DNA of 64,000 nt from Dehalococcoidia bacterium (GCA_963662615.2 CAXXSR010000002.1:384001-448000); one strand, 5' to 3'; shown: positions 33,133 to 42,849, counted from the first letter of the stretch. Notes: generated by a model not told the origin, from the sequence alone. Numbers and translations: made by a program.

Positions 33133-33924
33133 ATGGCGATCCGCGTGGCGGTCAGCGGCATGGGCAACATGGGCCACGCGGTCCTGCAGGCGCTGAGCGC
33201 GGCGGACGGGGTTGAGGTCGCCGCTGTCCTGCGGCGGGTCGCGGAGGGCCAGACGTTCCCGCTGCCGGGAGGAGGCACGGCGCCGCTGGCCGGATCGCCG
33301 CAGGCGCTGAGCGACTACAACGCGGACGTGGTGGTGGACTTCAGCAACGCCGTCTGGACCGAGCAGCTCTTGCCCGCGGCGCTGGCAGCGGGCGTGCGGC
33401 CCGTCATTGGCACCTCCGGTCTCTCCGAGACGTTCGTCCGTGAGGCGGAGCGGCAGTGCGCGGAACAGGCGCTGGGAGGCGTGATCGCCGCCAACTTCGC
33501 CATCGGTGCGGTGCTGATGATGCACCTGGCGCGTGTGGCGGCGCCATTCTTCACGTCGGCGGAGATCATTGAGCAGCACCACGCCGGCAAGATCGACGCG
33601 CCCTCGGGCACCGCCATGGCCACGGCTCGGGAGCTGCGCGCGGCGCGCGGCAGCGACTTCGCCCGCAACGTAGCGGAGCGCGAGACGCTGCCGAACGCTC
33701 GCGGGGCGGAGTTGGGGGGCGTGACGCTGCATTCCGTGCGGCTGCCGGGTCTGGTGGCGCACCAGTCGGTCATCTTCGGCGGGTCGGGAGAGACGCTGAC
33801 GATCCGCCATGACTCCACCAGCCGCGAATCGTTCATGCCCGGCATCCTGCGTGCGGTGCGGGCCGCGGTTGAGCTGGACCACCTCGTCGTGGGGCTGGAT
33901 CGGCTGATGGGGCTGCGGGACTAG
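33133..33924 (+). CDS. dapB: 4-hydroxy-tetrahydrodipicolinate reductase
   Basis: G.MG, VIGTSG, NFAIG, EQHH.GKIDAPSGTA, IRHDS. Confidence 0.96.
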   Translation: MAIRVAVSGMGNMGHAVLQALSAADGVEVAAVLRRVAEGQTFPLPGGGTAPLAGSPQALSDYNADVVVDFSNAVWTEQLLPAALAAGVRPVIGTSGLSETFVREAERQCAEQALGGVIAANFAIGAVLMMHLARVAAPFFTSAEIIEQHHAGKIDAPSGTAMATARELRAARGSDFARNVAERETLPNARGAELGGVTLHSVRLPGLVAHQSVIFGGSGETLTIRHDSTSRESFMPGILRAVRAAVELDHLVVGLDRLMGLRD

Positions 33925-34001
33925 GCGGGATCCACACGGCGACAGGGCGGCGGTGCTCCCCACGGTGATGCCGGGTAGGGGGAAATCCCGTACGGTAAGG
34001 T

Positions 34002-34028
34002 CGTCGCCGAGCGGCGACGTTTTCTTTC
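34002..34028 (+). terminator. Intrinsic terminator-like hairpin between dapB and asd
   Basis: CGTCGCC-GAGC-GGCGACG followed by TTTTCTTT. Confidence 0.65.
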
Positions 34029-34071
34029 GCCGCGGCGCCGGACTGGCGCCAGCGCGGCGGCTGACGGGCCC

Positions 34072-35088
34072 ATGAGCCGAGAACTGACCGTTGCGCTCGT
34101 CGGCGCCACCGGAGTGGTGGGGCTGGAGTTCCTGCGACAGATGGAGGCGCGGGCGTTTCCCGTGGGGGAGTTGCGCCTCCTGGCGACAAGCCGCTCCGCC
34201 GGCAAGACGCTCTCCTTCCGGGGCGAGGCGCTGACGGTCCGCGAGACGACCCCGGAAGCGTTCGCCGGCGCGGACGTCGCCTTTATCTCCGCTACCACGG
34301 CCGCCTCGCGGGAGCTGTGCCCGCTGGCCCGAGACCGCGGCGCCATCGTCTTCGACGACTCGTCGGCGTTCCGCCAAGAGCCGTCGGTGCCGTTGGTGGT
34401 GCCCGAGATCAACGCCGAGGAGCTCCGCCGCCACGAGGGCATCATCGCAACGCCCAATTGCACAACGGTGCCGCTCGTTCTCACGCTCGCCCCGCTGTTG
34501 GGAGCGCGGCGGATCCGGCGGGTCATCGCGGACACGTACCAGGCCGTCTCGGGGGCGGGCGCGGCCGCCATGGAGGAGCTGCGCCGCCAGACCGCGGCCG
34601 CCCTTGGGGAGGGGGCGGAGCGCCTGAACCGCTTCCCGCAGCAGATCGCCTTCAATGCTGTTCCTTGCATCGACAGCTTTCACGCCGACGGCTACACCAA
34701 TGAAGAGCGCAAGATGATGCTGGAGAGTCGCAAGATCCTCCACCTGCCCGACCTGGCGCTGAGCGCGACATGCGTGCGGATTCCCACGCTGATCTCACAC
34801 GCGCTCGCGGTCCACGTGGATCTGGACGCTCCCCTGGAGAGAGAAGAGGCGCGCGCGCTTTGGCGGGCGCAGCCGGGGCTGGTGGTCCAAGACGATCCGC
34901 TTAACAACCGCTATCCCACTCCGCTAGACTGCACTGCCCAGGACGCGGTCTTCGTTGGGCGGGCGCGACAGGACGTTTCCAATCCCAACGGGCTCGCCTA
35001 TTGGTGCGTCACGGATAATCTGCGCAAGGGGGCGGCGCTGAATATCCTGCAGATGGTGGAGTGGATGCAGGCCCACGATTGCCTGTAA
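34072..35088 (+). CDS. asd: Aspartate-semialdehyde dehydrogenase
   Basis: VGATGVVG, VVPEIN, PNCTT, DNLRKGAALN. Confidence 0.97.
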   Translation: MSRELTVALVGATGVVGLEFLRQMEARAFPVGELRLLATSRSAGKTLSFRGEALTVRETTPEAFAGADVAFISATTAASRELCPLARDRGAIVFDDSSAFRQEPSVPLVVPEINAEELRRHEGIIATPNCTTVPLVLTLAPLLGARRIRRVIADTYQAVSGAGAAAMEELRRQTAAALGEGAERLNRFPQQIAFNAVPCIDSFHADGYTNEERKMMLESRKILHLPDLALSATCVRIPTLISHALAVHVDLDAPLEREEARALWRAQPGLVVQDDPLNNRYPTPLDCTAQDAVFVGRARQDVSNPNGLAYWCVTDNLRKGAALNILQMVEWMQAHDCL

Positions 35089-35134
35089 GTCCCGGCGCAT
35101 GACGCGGGAGCAGATGACGGAGCGGAGCTCGGCA

Positions 35135-36037
35135 ATGGCGGAATTCGGACGACTCTTCACGGCCATGGTGACGCCGATGCAAGCGGATGGCTCGGTTGAT
35201 ATGGGGCAGGCCACGCGTCTGGCCGCCGCGCTGCTTGACAACGGCAGCGACGGCTTGGTGGTGTGCGGCACGACGGGAGAGGCGCCCACGCTGGAGTTCG
35301 AAGAAGAGCGGACGCTGTTCCGTGAGCTGCTGCCCATCTGCCGGGAGCAGGGCGCGACGTTGGTCGCGGGCACGGGCTCGAACAGCACGCGCACGGCCAT
35401 CGAGTCGTCGCGGCAGGCGGAGGCGATCGGCGTCGACGCGCTGCTGCTCGTCGTCCCCTACTACAACAAACCGTCGCAGGAAGGGCTCTACCGGCACTTC
35501 CGCGCCGTGGCGGAGGCCGTCTCGCTGCCCTGCATTCTTTACAACGTGCCCAGCCGCACAAGTATCAACATGACAGCCGCGACGCAGCTTCGGCTCGCGC
35601 ACGATGTCTCCAACATCTGCGGCACGAAGGAGGCGAGCGGCGATCTGGCCGCCATCGCCCAGATCATTGAGGGAGCGCCGGACGACTTCCTGATCTGGAG
35701 CGGCAACGACGCGGATACGTTGCCCCTGCTCGCGCTGGGGGGCTACGGGGTGGTCAGCGTGGTCTCGCATCTCGCTGGCCGACAGGTGCGCGCGATGATC
35801 GAGGCGCACCTGCGCGACGACCGCGACGAGGCCGCGCGGATTCATCGCCGCCTCCTGCCGCTGACGGACGCCATGTTCCTGGTGGGCAACCCGGTGCCGG
35901 TGAAGTATGCCCTGAATCTCGTCGGCTTTCGGGTCGGGCCCACGCGGTTGCCGCTGGTGGAGCCGGACGAGAACGTGCAGGCGAAGATCCGCGCCGAAGT
36001 GGAGCGCGCCCAGATCGATCTGCCGCTGCCGGTCTAG
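35135..36037 (+). CDS. dapA: 4-hydroxy-tetrahydrodipicolinate synthase
   Basis: GTTGE, PYYNKP, LYNVPSRT, KEASG, NPVPVK. Confidence 0.96.
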   Translation: MAEFGRLFTAMVTPMQADGSVDMGQATRLAAALLDNGSDGLVVCGTTGEAPTLEFEEERTLFRELLPICREQGATLVAGTGSNSTRTAIESSRQAEAIGVDALLLVVPYYNKPSQEGLYRHFRAVAEAVSLPCILYNVPSRTSINMTAATQLRLAHDVSNICGTKEASGDLAAIAQIIEGAPDDFLIWSGNDADTLPLLALGGYGVVSVVSHLAGRQVRAMIEAHLRDDRDEAARIHRRLLPLTDAMFLVGNPVPVKYALNLVGFRVGPTRLPLVEPDENVQAKIRAEVERAQIDLPLPV

Positions 36038-36123
36038 CCCCTGCTGGTTAGCCGCCGCCGCGCCCTGCCCGACGCTGGTCCGGGGGAAGCGCAGCGTCCC
36101 AGCGCGCTGAATCCAGTCCCTCG

Positions 36124-36678
36124 CTACGGGGTGCCCAGGCCGGGCACGATCTGGTCCGGGAGCGTCAGCGTCTGCAGCCAGGCGTAGATATCGGCGACGT
36201 CCGCGTCGGGGACGGCGTCGGCGCTGAACTGGGGCATGAAGTCGCGCGGACTGCGGTACTGGCCCATGACTTGGTCCAGCGAGAACCCCGTGCTGGCAAT
36301 TGTGGGGTCAATGGCGCCCTGTCCCTGGTCGCCGTGGCAGACGTTGCAGCCGTTGGCGAAGAAGAGCTGCTGACCGCGCGCCGGGTCGGGCTCGCCGGCG
36401 GGGCTGGGTTCGGACGTCGCCGGCTCCAGCTCTCCGTCTGGCTCCGCTGTGGTCGCGTCCTCCTCGAGGAGGGCGAGGGCGGGGTCGCCCTCTTCGGCCT
36501 CGAAGAGGCCGGACCTGATCAGTTCCGCAGCGGCGGCGTTGGCGGCGTCGAGCGCTTCACTCTCGTCTTTGTCCGCGCCCTTGGCCACGGCGAAGCCGGC
36601 CAGAGCGATGACGCCGGCCACCAGCAGGCCGAAGACCATGACGAGCCAGAACGAAGGTGGAATGGATCGAGAAGGCAT
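36124..36678 (-). CDS. Membrane-anchored monoheme c-type cytochrome
   Basis: N-terminal TM, acidic linker, CNVCH, distal MP. Confidence 0.85.
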   Translation of the reverse strand: MPSRSIPPSFWLVMVFGLLVAGVIALAGFAVAKGADKDESEALDAANAAAAELIRSGLFEAEEGDPALALLEEDATTAEPDGELEPATSEPSPAGEPDPARGQQLFFANGCNVCHGDQGQGAIDPTIASTGFSLDQVMGQYRSPRDFMPQFSADAVPDADVADIYAWLQTLTLPDQIVPGLGTP

Positions 36679-36983
36679 GGCGTCCCGTGGGCGTGGGGCG
36701 GGCGCTGCGCACCCCCGGCCGCGCGCCGATCACCGCTCGCATGGTAGCGAACAGGAATGCTTGCGGAAACTCTCACAAAGGCTCCCCGCGTCGGCCCGTG
36801 CCAGGGGCAAGGCCGGTCAGCGGCGGCCCACCTAGGCGGCGACAAAAGAGAAACCGTGATTGGTGAAGAACGCGCCGCAGCAACGGCACCACGGCCACCG
36901 CCGCCTGCACCTGCGCGCCCACTCAGATGGCGAGGAAGATCCAGCGGACGAAGAGCGGGACTGGCGGGCGGTTTCGGACGCGG

Positions 36984-38273
36984 CTAGATGATCGGGTCGA
37001 CGATGATCGCTTGGTGCCGCTCCGGGCCCACGCTGACGAGAGCGGCCGTAGCGCCGATCAGCTTCTCAATGCGGCGCACGTACTCCTGCGCCGCCCGAGG
37101 CAGGTCGTCGAAATTGCGGCAGGCGCTGGTGTCGGTGCGCCAGCCGGGCAGCTCCTCGTAGAGCGGCCGCACTTGCGACAGCTCCACGCGGCGACTGGGG
37201 AACGTCTCCAGTCGCCGTCCGTTGGTCTGGTAGGCCACGCAGACCTTGATCGATTCGAATGAGTCCAGGACGTCAAGGCGGGTCAGGGAGATGCTGTTGC
37301 ATCCGTTGAGGGTGACGGTGTAGCGCGCCGCGACGCTGTCGAACCAGCCGCAGCGGCGGGGCCGGCCGGTGGTGGTGCCGTATTCATTGCCGCAGTCGCG
37401 CAGGCGGTCGCCCACGGCGTCCGTCAGCTCGGTGGGCATGGGTCCGTTGCCCACGCGCGTCTGATAGGCCTTGTAGACACCGACGACGCGGTCGATATCG
37501 CGGGGGCTGATGCCCACGCCCATCGCTGCGCCGGCGGCCATGGACGTGGGGACGGACGAGGTCACGTAGTCGTAGGTGCCGGCGTCAAGGTCGAGCAGGG
37601 CGCCTTGGGCGCCTTCCAGCAGCATGCGCTCGCCGCGGCGCATCGCTTCCTCGCAGATGGCGCTGGTGTCGGCCACGTAGGGCGCCAGCCGGCTCCAATA
37701 TTCCCGGTACGACTCGCGGATGGATTCGAAATCGAGCGGTTCACGCTCGTACAGCTTGGTCAACACCTGGTTCTTGTAGGCCAGGACGAAGCGCAGCCGC
37801 TCGGAGAAGCCGTCCGGATCGGCCAGTTCCGACACGCGGATCCCCAGTCGCGCGACCTTGTCCGTGAAGGCCGGCCCCACCCCCTTGCCGGTGGTGCCGA
37901 CGGCGTTGGGGCCGCGCAGCTTTTCATCCGCGGCATCAATGACGGGGTGCCAGGGCATGACGAGGTGGGCGCGGTCCGAGACCTTCAAGCGCTCCGTGCT
38001 GACGCCGCGCTTCTCCAGGGCGCTGATCTCGGAGATCAGCTCAGCCGGGTCCACCACGACGCCGTTGCCGATCACGCAGCTCTTGTCGGGGTAGAAGATG
38101 CCGGCCGGCACGAGGTGCAGGGCGAACTCACCGAGGTGGTTGACGATGGTGTGGCCGGCGTTGTGGCCGGCCGAGTAGCGCGCCACGATGCTGGCCTTGC
38201 GGGCGAGCAGATCGACGACGCGCCCTTTGCCCTCGTCCCCCCACTGGCCCCCAACGACGACGACCGCCGGCAT
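36984..38273 (-). CDS. purA: Adenylosuccinate synthetase
   Basis: GQWGDEGKG, NAGHT, EGAQG, GTTTGRPRRCGW. Confidence 0.98.
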   Translation of the reverse strand: MPAVVVVGGQWGDEGKGRVVDLLARKASIVARYSAGHNAGHTIVNHLGEFALHLVPAGIFYPDKSCVIGNGVVVDPAELISEISALEKRGVSTERLKVSDRAHLVMPWHPVIDAADEKLRGPNAVGTTGKGVGPAFTDKVARLGIRVSELADPDGFSERLRFVLAYKNQVLTKLYEREPLDFESIRESYREYWSRLAPYVADTSAICEEAMRRGERMLLEGAQGALLDLDAGTYDYVTSSVPTSMAAGAAMGVGISPRDIDRVVGVYKAYQTRVGNGPMPTELTDAVGDRLRDCGNEYGTTTGRPRRCGWFDSVAARYTVTLNGCNSISLTRLDVLDSFESIKVCVAYQTNGRRLETFPSRRVELSQVRPLYEELPGWRTDTSACRNFDDLPRAAQEYVRRIEKLIGATAALVSVGPERHQAIIVDPII

Positions 38274-38392
38274 GCCTGTGATGCTTCCGCGCCGATCCCA
38301 CGGGATCGCCGCTCGCCAAGAAGCCCCGCCGCAGGGGCGAAACTCGGTGCGCATCCTAGCACGAGGGGCAGCGGGCGGCGGCCTGCGACGCG

Positions 38393-39178
38393 TTACCGGC
38401 TCTGAAAGTTTGGCGGGCGCTTTTCCGCGAAGGCGCGCGGTCCTTCTTTGGCATCCTCGGTGAGGTAGATGCGCTCGGCGACGTGATCTTCGAAGGCGAG
38501 GCCGTCCGCGAGCGACATATCGAGGCCGCGCAGCATCGCCTCTTTGGCGGCGCGGACCGCGAGCGGCGCACGCGCCGCGATGGTGTTGGCGATGGCCGTT
38601 GCCGTGGCTTGCAGGTCGTCGGCGGGGACGATACGGCTAATGAGTCCGGCACGGAGGGCGGTCTCCGCATCGATCGGTTCGGCGCTGAAAATCATCTCGC
38701 TCGCCAGGGCCAGGGGGATGGAGCGCGGCAGGCGCTGGGTGCCGCCGGCGCCGGGGATGATGCCCCAGCGCACCTCAGTCAGCCCGAACTTCGCCTCCGG
38801 GACCGCAATACGGACATCGCAGGTGAGCGCGATCTCCAGCCCCCCGGCCAGGCAGTAGCCGTTGATGGCGGCGATGATTGGCTTGTAGATGGGTGCGGCC
38901 TTGGGAATGCCGCCGAACGGGATCTCCCCGAAGATGTCGCGTCCCTCGCCCTGGGCCCGGGCGACGAGATCGGCCCCGGCGGAGAAGGCGCGGTCGCCGG
39001 CGCCGGTGAGGATGGCGACGCGGAGGTCGTCACGGTGGCGGAAGTCGTTGAACGCCTCGAACAGTTCGCGGGAGGTTTGATGGTCGATCGCGTTCATGCG
39101 CTCGGGCCGGTTGATGGTGACGCGGGCGATGGGGCCTTCGGTCTCGTAGCGGACGCGGCTGAACGCGGCGGGCGGCAT
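38393..39178 (-). CDS. Enoyl-CoA hydratase/isomerase
   Basis: FSAGAD, GGGLE-like LAGGLE, EVRWGIIPGAGGTQRL. Confidence 0.92.
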   Translation of the reverse strand: MPPAAFSRVRYETEGPIARVTINRPERMNAIDHQTSRELFEAFNDFRHRDDLRVAILTGAGDRAFSAGADLVARAQGEGRDIFGEIPFGGIPKAAPIYKPIIAAINGYCLAGGLEIALTCDVRIAVPEAKFGLTEVRWGIIPGAGGTQRLPRSIPLALASEMIFSAEPIDAETALRAGLISRIVPADDLQATATAIANTIAARAPLAVRAAKEAMLRGLDMSLADGLAFEDHVAERIYLTEDAKEGPRAFAEKRPPNFQSR

Positions 39179-39318
39179 GGGCGCTCTCCCTGTCGAGTGC
39201 GGGGCGTAGCATAGTCGCTCGGCGCCGGGGAGAGGCGCCGTGGCGCGCCGGCCGCCCTCGCCACTCGCGGTAGACTGAGGCGAGTGCGCCCCCGGTCCGG
39301 CGAGGATGGAAAGGCCGC

Positions 39319-39558
39319 ATGGAATCGGAGATCGATTTCGCGCCGCTCCTCCTCGTGTCGGCGTTGGCGTCGTTGGGCTTCAACACCTTCATGCCACGCG
39401 TCTGGGCAGACGTCATCGGCAGCGCCCTCGTGGTGGGAGCGGGCCGCACCGGGGCCGACCTCACGCCGCGACGGACGGGGTCCCTCGCCGCCGACGGGGA
39501 GCCCGTCGTCACGGAGGCGGGAAGCGTGGCCTCCAGCGCCGAATCGCCGGAGTTCTAG
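39319..39558 (+). pseudogene. Possible internally deleted cation/H+ antiporter-TrkA remnant
   Basis: Antiporter-like first helix (IDFAPLLLVSALA) joined directly to FN..P and a VVGAGRTG Rossmann start. Confidence 0.35.
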
Positions 39559-39562
39559 CCGC

Positions 39563-40114
39563 ATGGGCGCGCTCCCGCCGCCGCCTCAGCGGCGCATCGT
39601 GGAGGTCAAGGAGAAGCTCGACGGCACGGTCATGCGCTTCGATCTGGAGTGCTGGCTGCAGACGCCGGACCTGGCCGTCGGTCGCTGGGTGGCGGAGGCA
39701 GGCAACGCCTTCGGCGCGCCGCCCGGGACGACGTCGTGGGGAGTGTGGTGGCGGAGCCGGCCGTACGGGGCCTACCGGCTGCATGCGCCGGACGGCGCGC
39801 TACGCGCCTACCGGCTCGATGCGCTCGAACGCGTTCGCATCGGCGGGAGCGAGGTTCGCTACCGCGACCTGCTCTTGGACGTGTGGATCGACCGGGACGG
39901 CGTCGCGCGCGTGGAGGATGAAGAGGAGGTGGCAGCGGCGGTCGCGGCGGGGACGATGACGGCGCATCAGCACCGGCGGGTGCGCTGCACGCGGGAGATC
40001 TTCTTGCAGCGGGCAGAGGCCATCGTAGCGCGGGTGGATGAGGCGGTGGAGGCGGCGGTCGCGGCGGTGGGGGCAGGGGGAGGACAGGCGGCGGACAGCG
40101 GCGGGACACGGTGA
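39563..40114 (+). CDS. DUF402-like protein
   Basis: YRDLLLDVWI..DG..RVEDEEE motif. Confidence 0.7.
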   Translation: MGALPPPPQRRIVEVKEKLDGTVMRFDLECWLQTPDLAVGRWVAEAGNAFGAPPGTTSWGVWWRSRPYGAYRLHAPDGALRAYRLDALERVRIGGSEVRYRDLLLDVWIDRDGVARVEDEEEVAAAVAAGTMTAHQHRRVRCTREIFLQRAEAIVARVDEAVEAAVAAVGAGGGQAADSGGTR

Positions 40115-40154
40115 AGGCACGCAAAGGACCGGGAAGCGACAGGCGGCGGACACG

Positions 40155-40619
40155 CTACGCCGGCCGCTTGGGGACGAGGGCGGCGCGGGTGAACTCCAGG
40201 ACGGTGTCGCCGTGCTGGTTGAGGCCCTGCGTCTTTACGGTGACGATGCCGCGGTCGGGCTGGCTCTGCGATTCACGCACCTCCAGCACCTCGGTGCGGG
40301 CGTAGAGGGTGTCACCGTGGTAGACGGGCGCGGTGTGGCGCATGTCGGTGGTGGCGAGGTTGGCGATCGCCTTGCCGCTGACCACCGCGACGGTCATGCC
40401 GAAGACCAGGCTGTAGACCAACGGCCCGGCGACGACGCGGCGGCCGAACTGCGTCTCCGCCGCGTAGTGCGCATCGGAGTGGAGGGGGTGCTGGTTCATG
40501 GTCAGCGAGCAGAAGAGGACGCTGTCCGCCTCCGTCACCGTGCGACCGGGCCAATGCTCGATCACCTCGCCCACCGTGAAGTCCTCCAGGTAGCGGCCGA
40601 AGAGTTCGCGGGTGGGCAT
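40155..40619 (-). CDS. MaoC-family dehydratase (mesaconyl-CoA hydratase-like)
   Basis: HWPGRTVTEAD..FC.LTMNQHPLH, PV..GDTL. Confidence 0.88.
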   Translation of the reverse strand: MPTRELFGRYLEDFTVGEVIEHWPGRTVTEADSVLFCSLTMNQHPLHSDAHYAAETQFGRRVVAGPLVYSLVFGMTVAVVSGKAIANLATTDMRHTAPVYHGDTLYARTEVLEVRESQSQPDRGIVTVKTQGLNQHGDTVLEFTRAALVPKRPA

Positions 40620-40689
40620 AGGGCTTCTCCATGCTTGGCGGGAGTGAAAGGATGGCGGCGTTTCGGGGTACGGAGCGGCAGATGCTGGC

Positions 40690-41580
40690 TCAGCGTGAAT
40701 GACCCACGAGGTTTGCCTTGGGCGGGAACTCAGTAATCAAGTGCGCCCGGCGGCCCACGTCATATCGTTCACCTCCGGCAGGCGTGAGATAAAGGGCGGA
40801 ACGCCACCGAAGGCCCTGCGAATCCCAGTAGTTGGCGTAGAGAGTCACAGGTTCATTCAATCCCTCCCCCGATCCGGGATCCGCCGCCCTGAGGGCACGC
40901 GTGCGCGGACGTGTCGCATAACGGGGATTCTCCTGGTCAGGCGGTGGGAGATCCTCGCCAGGCGAACCGACCTGGAGCGCGGCAGTAGGGTGTTCTGCGC
41001 CGAATTCGACCCGATAGGCCCAGCCCGGTCCGTTATTCGAGTAGACGAAGTGCCACTCGCTCGGCAGCCCTTCGCCGCGAGTGACGCCGCTCCCTGGACG
41101 CAGCACAACTTCAGGATCGGACGGTGCAGGAGATCGGAGATGCATCAAGTTGACTTGTTGATCTGTACGGCCAACGCGACGAAAACACTGCAGCGCGTCC
41201 ATTCCCACAGGCGTGTGCGGGTCAATTGGTGAATCCGACCATAGGTATGCTCCAACGAGCGGCGGTGTGTCGCTGTACGCGTCCACCCGTACGATGTTCG
41301 CACCGTCAAGAGTGCACTCAGTAATGTAGGTCGGAAGTGTGGGATACGTTCGCTGTTTGATTCTGTTGGCCAGGTTCTCAAGGGTGTGCTGGCCGACATC
41401 GACTCCCACTACGGTTCGATCGTCGCGAATGCCGAAAAGGACTCCTCCTCCCTCTGCATTCGCGAAAGCAATGAGTGATCGGATGGCTTCGTCTTGACGA
41501 CTGGTGCCGAGTGACTCCTTGAACTCGCACGTCTGGTTCTCTCCGTCACTGCGGAGCTGTTCGCAGTTGAGGTCAGGCAT
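40690..41580 (-). CDS. Schlafen/AlbA_2-domain protein with uncharacterised beta-rich C-terminal domain
   Basis: GENQTCEFKES, AFANAEGG.VLFGIRDD..VVG, RRVG; visibly lower GC than neighbours. Confidence 0.85.
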   Translation of the reverse strand: MPDLNCEQLRSDGENQTCEFKESLGTSRQDEAIRSLIAFANAEGGGVLFGIRDDRTVVGVDVGQHTLENLANRIKQRTYPTLPTYITECTLDGANIVRVDAYSDTPPLVGAYLWSDSPIDPHTPVGMDALQCFRRVGRTDQQVNLMHLRSPAPSDPEVVLRPGSGVTRGEGLPSEWHFVYSNNGPGWAYRVEFGAEHPTAALQVGSPGEDLPPPDQENPRYATRPRTRALRAADPGSGEGLNEPVTLYANYWDSQGLRWRSALYLTPAGGERYDVGRRAHLITEFPPKANLVGHSR

Positions 41581-41661
41581 TGCGCGCTCCTCGCGGTCTT
41601 GCGGGAATTCGATGACCAGCGTGGGGCGATGATAGCGGGCGCATTGGCGGCCGGTGGGCGG

Positions 41662-42849
41662 TCAGTCCGTGGCGTACAGCTCCAGCAAGCGCCGGGCGAT
41701 GACGAGCCTCTGTATCTCGCTGGTGCCCTCCCCCACCGCCAGCAGGGGCGCGTCGCGGTAGTAGCGCTCCACGGGCAGCTCGGTGGTGTAGCCCACGCCG
41801 CCGTGGATGCGCATGGACTCCAGGGCGCACTCCAGGGCGACCTCCGAGGCGAACAGCTTGGCCATGCCGACGTCCAGGTCGCCGCGCTGGCCGCCGTCCT
41901 TCTTGCGGGCGGCGTCGCGGGTGAGGAGGCGGGCGGCGCGAATGCTGGTGGCCATGTCGGCGAGCTTGAGCTGGATCGCTTGATGCTGGGCGATGGGCCG
42001 CCCGAACGTCTCCCGCTGCTGCGCGTAGGTGATGGCGGCGTCGAAAGCGGCCTGGGCCAGACCGACGGCGCGCGCTGCCACGTTGACGCGACCGATCTCC
42101 AGCGCGCTGAGGACCTGCTTGAAGCCGCGCCCCTCCTCGCCGCCCAAGAGGTTGGCGGCGGGGACGCGCATGTCGTCGAAGAAGAGTTCGGTGGTGGCCG
42201 TCCCCTTGTAGCCGAGCTTGTCGATGGTGCGTGCCACGCTGAAGCCGGGGGCGTCCGGCTCCACCAGCAAGGCGCTGATGCCGCGATGCCGAGGCTGCGC
42301 CGCGGGGTCGGTCTTGACCAGGGTCAGGAAGAGGCCGCCGCGGTCGCCGTTGGTGACGAAGAGCTTGTTGCCGTTGACCACGTAGTCGTCGCCGTCGCGC
42401 ACGGCGGTGGTGCGGATGGCCTGGACGTCGGAGCCGGCGTTGGGCTCCGTCATGCAGAGGCAGCCCTGAATGTCGCCGGCGGCAAGTCCGGCCAGAAAAC
42501 GCTCCTTCTGCTCCTCCGTCCCGTAGGTCTCGACGGCCCAGCCGTTGACGACGGTGGTGTTGATGATGCCGCCCAGGCTCATCCAGCCGCGGGAGACCTC
42601 CTCAATGACGGCGGAATAGGTCTCGAGCGAAAGTTCGAGGCCGCCGTAGCGCTCGGGGAAGGTGATGGCGAAGAGCCCCAACTCCTGCATGTCCTGGTAG
42701 AGCGCCGCGGGGAATTCGTCGGCGTGCTCGAGCGCGTCGGCGCTGGGGACGACCTTGTCGTCCACCCAGCGACGCACGGCGCGCACGATCTCGACGCCGA
42801 CTTCGCCGTCGCCGGCGATGATCTCGTGGGCGACGCTGGTGGGGCTCAT
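41662..42849 (-). CDS. Acyl-CoA dehydrogenase (methylsuccinyl-CoA dehydrogenase-like)
   Basis: TEPNAGSD, GNKLFVTN, HGGVGY..E..VERYYRDA, GEGTSEIQR. Confidence 0.92.
   Translation of the reverse strand: MSPTSVAHEIIAGDGEVGVEIVRAVRRWVDDKVVPSADALEHADEFPAALYQDMQELGLFAITFPERYGGLELSLETYSAVIEEVSRGWMSLGGIINTTVVNGWAVETYGTEEQKERFLAGLAAGDIQGCLCMTEPNAGSDVQAIRTTAVRDGDDYVVNGNKLFVTNGDRGGLFLTLVKTDPAAQPRHRGISALLVEPDAPGFSVARTIDKLGYKGTATTELFFDDMRVPAANLLGGEEGRGFKQVLSALEIGRVNVAARAVGLAQAAFDAAITYAQQRETFGRPIAQHQAIQLKLADMATSIRAARLLTRDAARKKDGGQRGDLDVGMAKLFASEVALECALESMRIHGGVGYTTELPVERYYRDAPLLAVGEGTSEIQRLVIARRLLELYATD

Noticed and set aside
33925-34071. Lysine riboswitch
   Set aside because: Too short and lacks the recognisable L-box conserved segments.
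32311-34743. 810-aa minus-strand ORF with GGTIP repeats
   Set aside because: Antisense to pnp, dapB and asd; the repeats just mirror the 15-bp VNTR.
36679-36983. Small ORFs between the cytochrome c gene and purA
   Set aside because: No RBS or protein-like composition; at most a short hydrophobic remnant.
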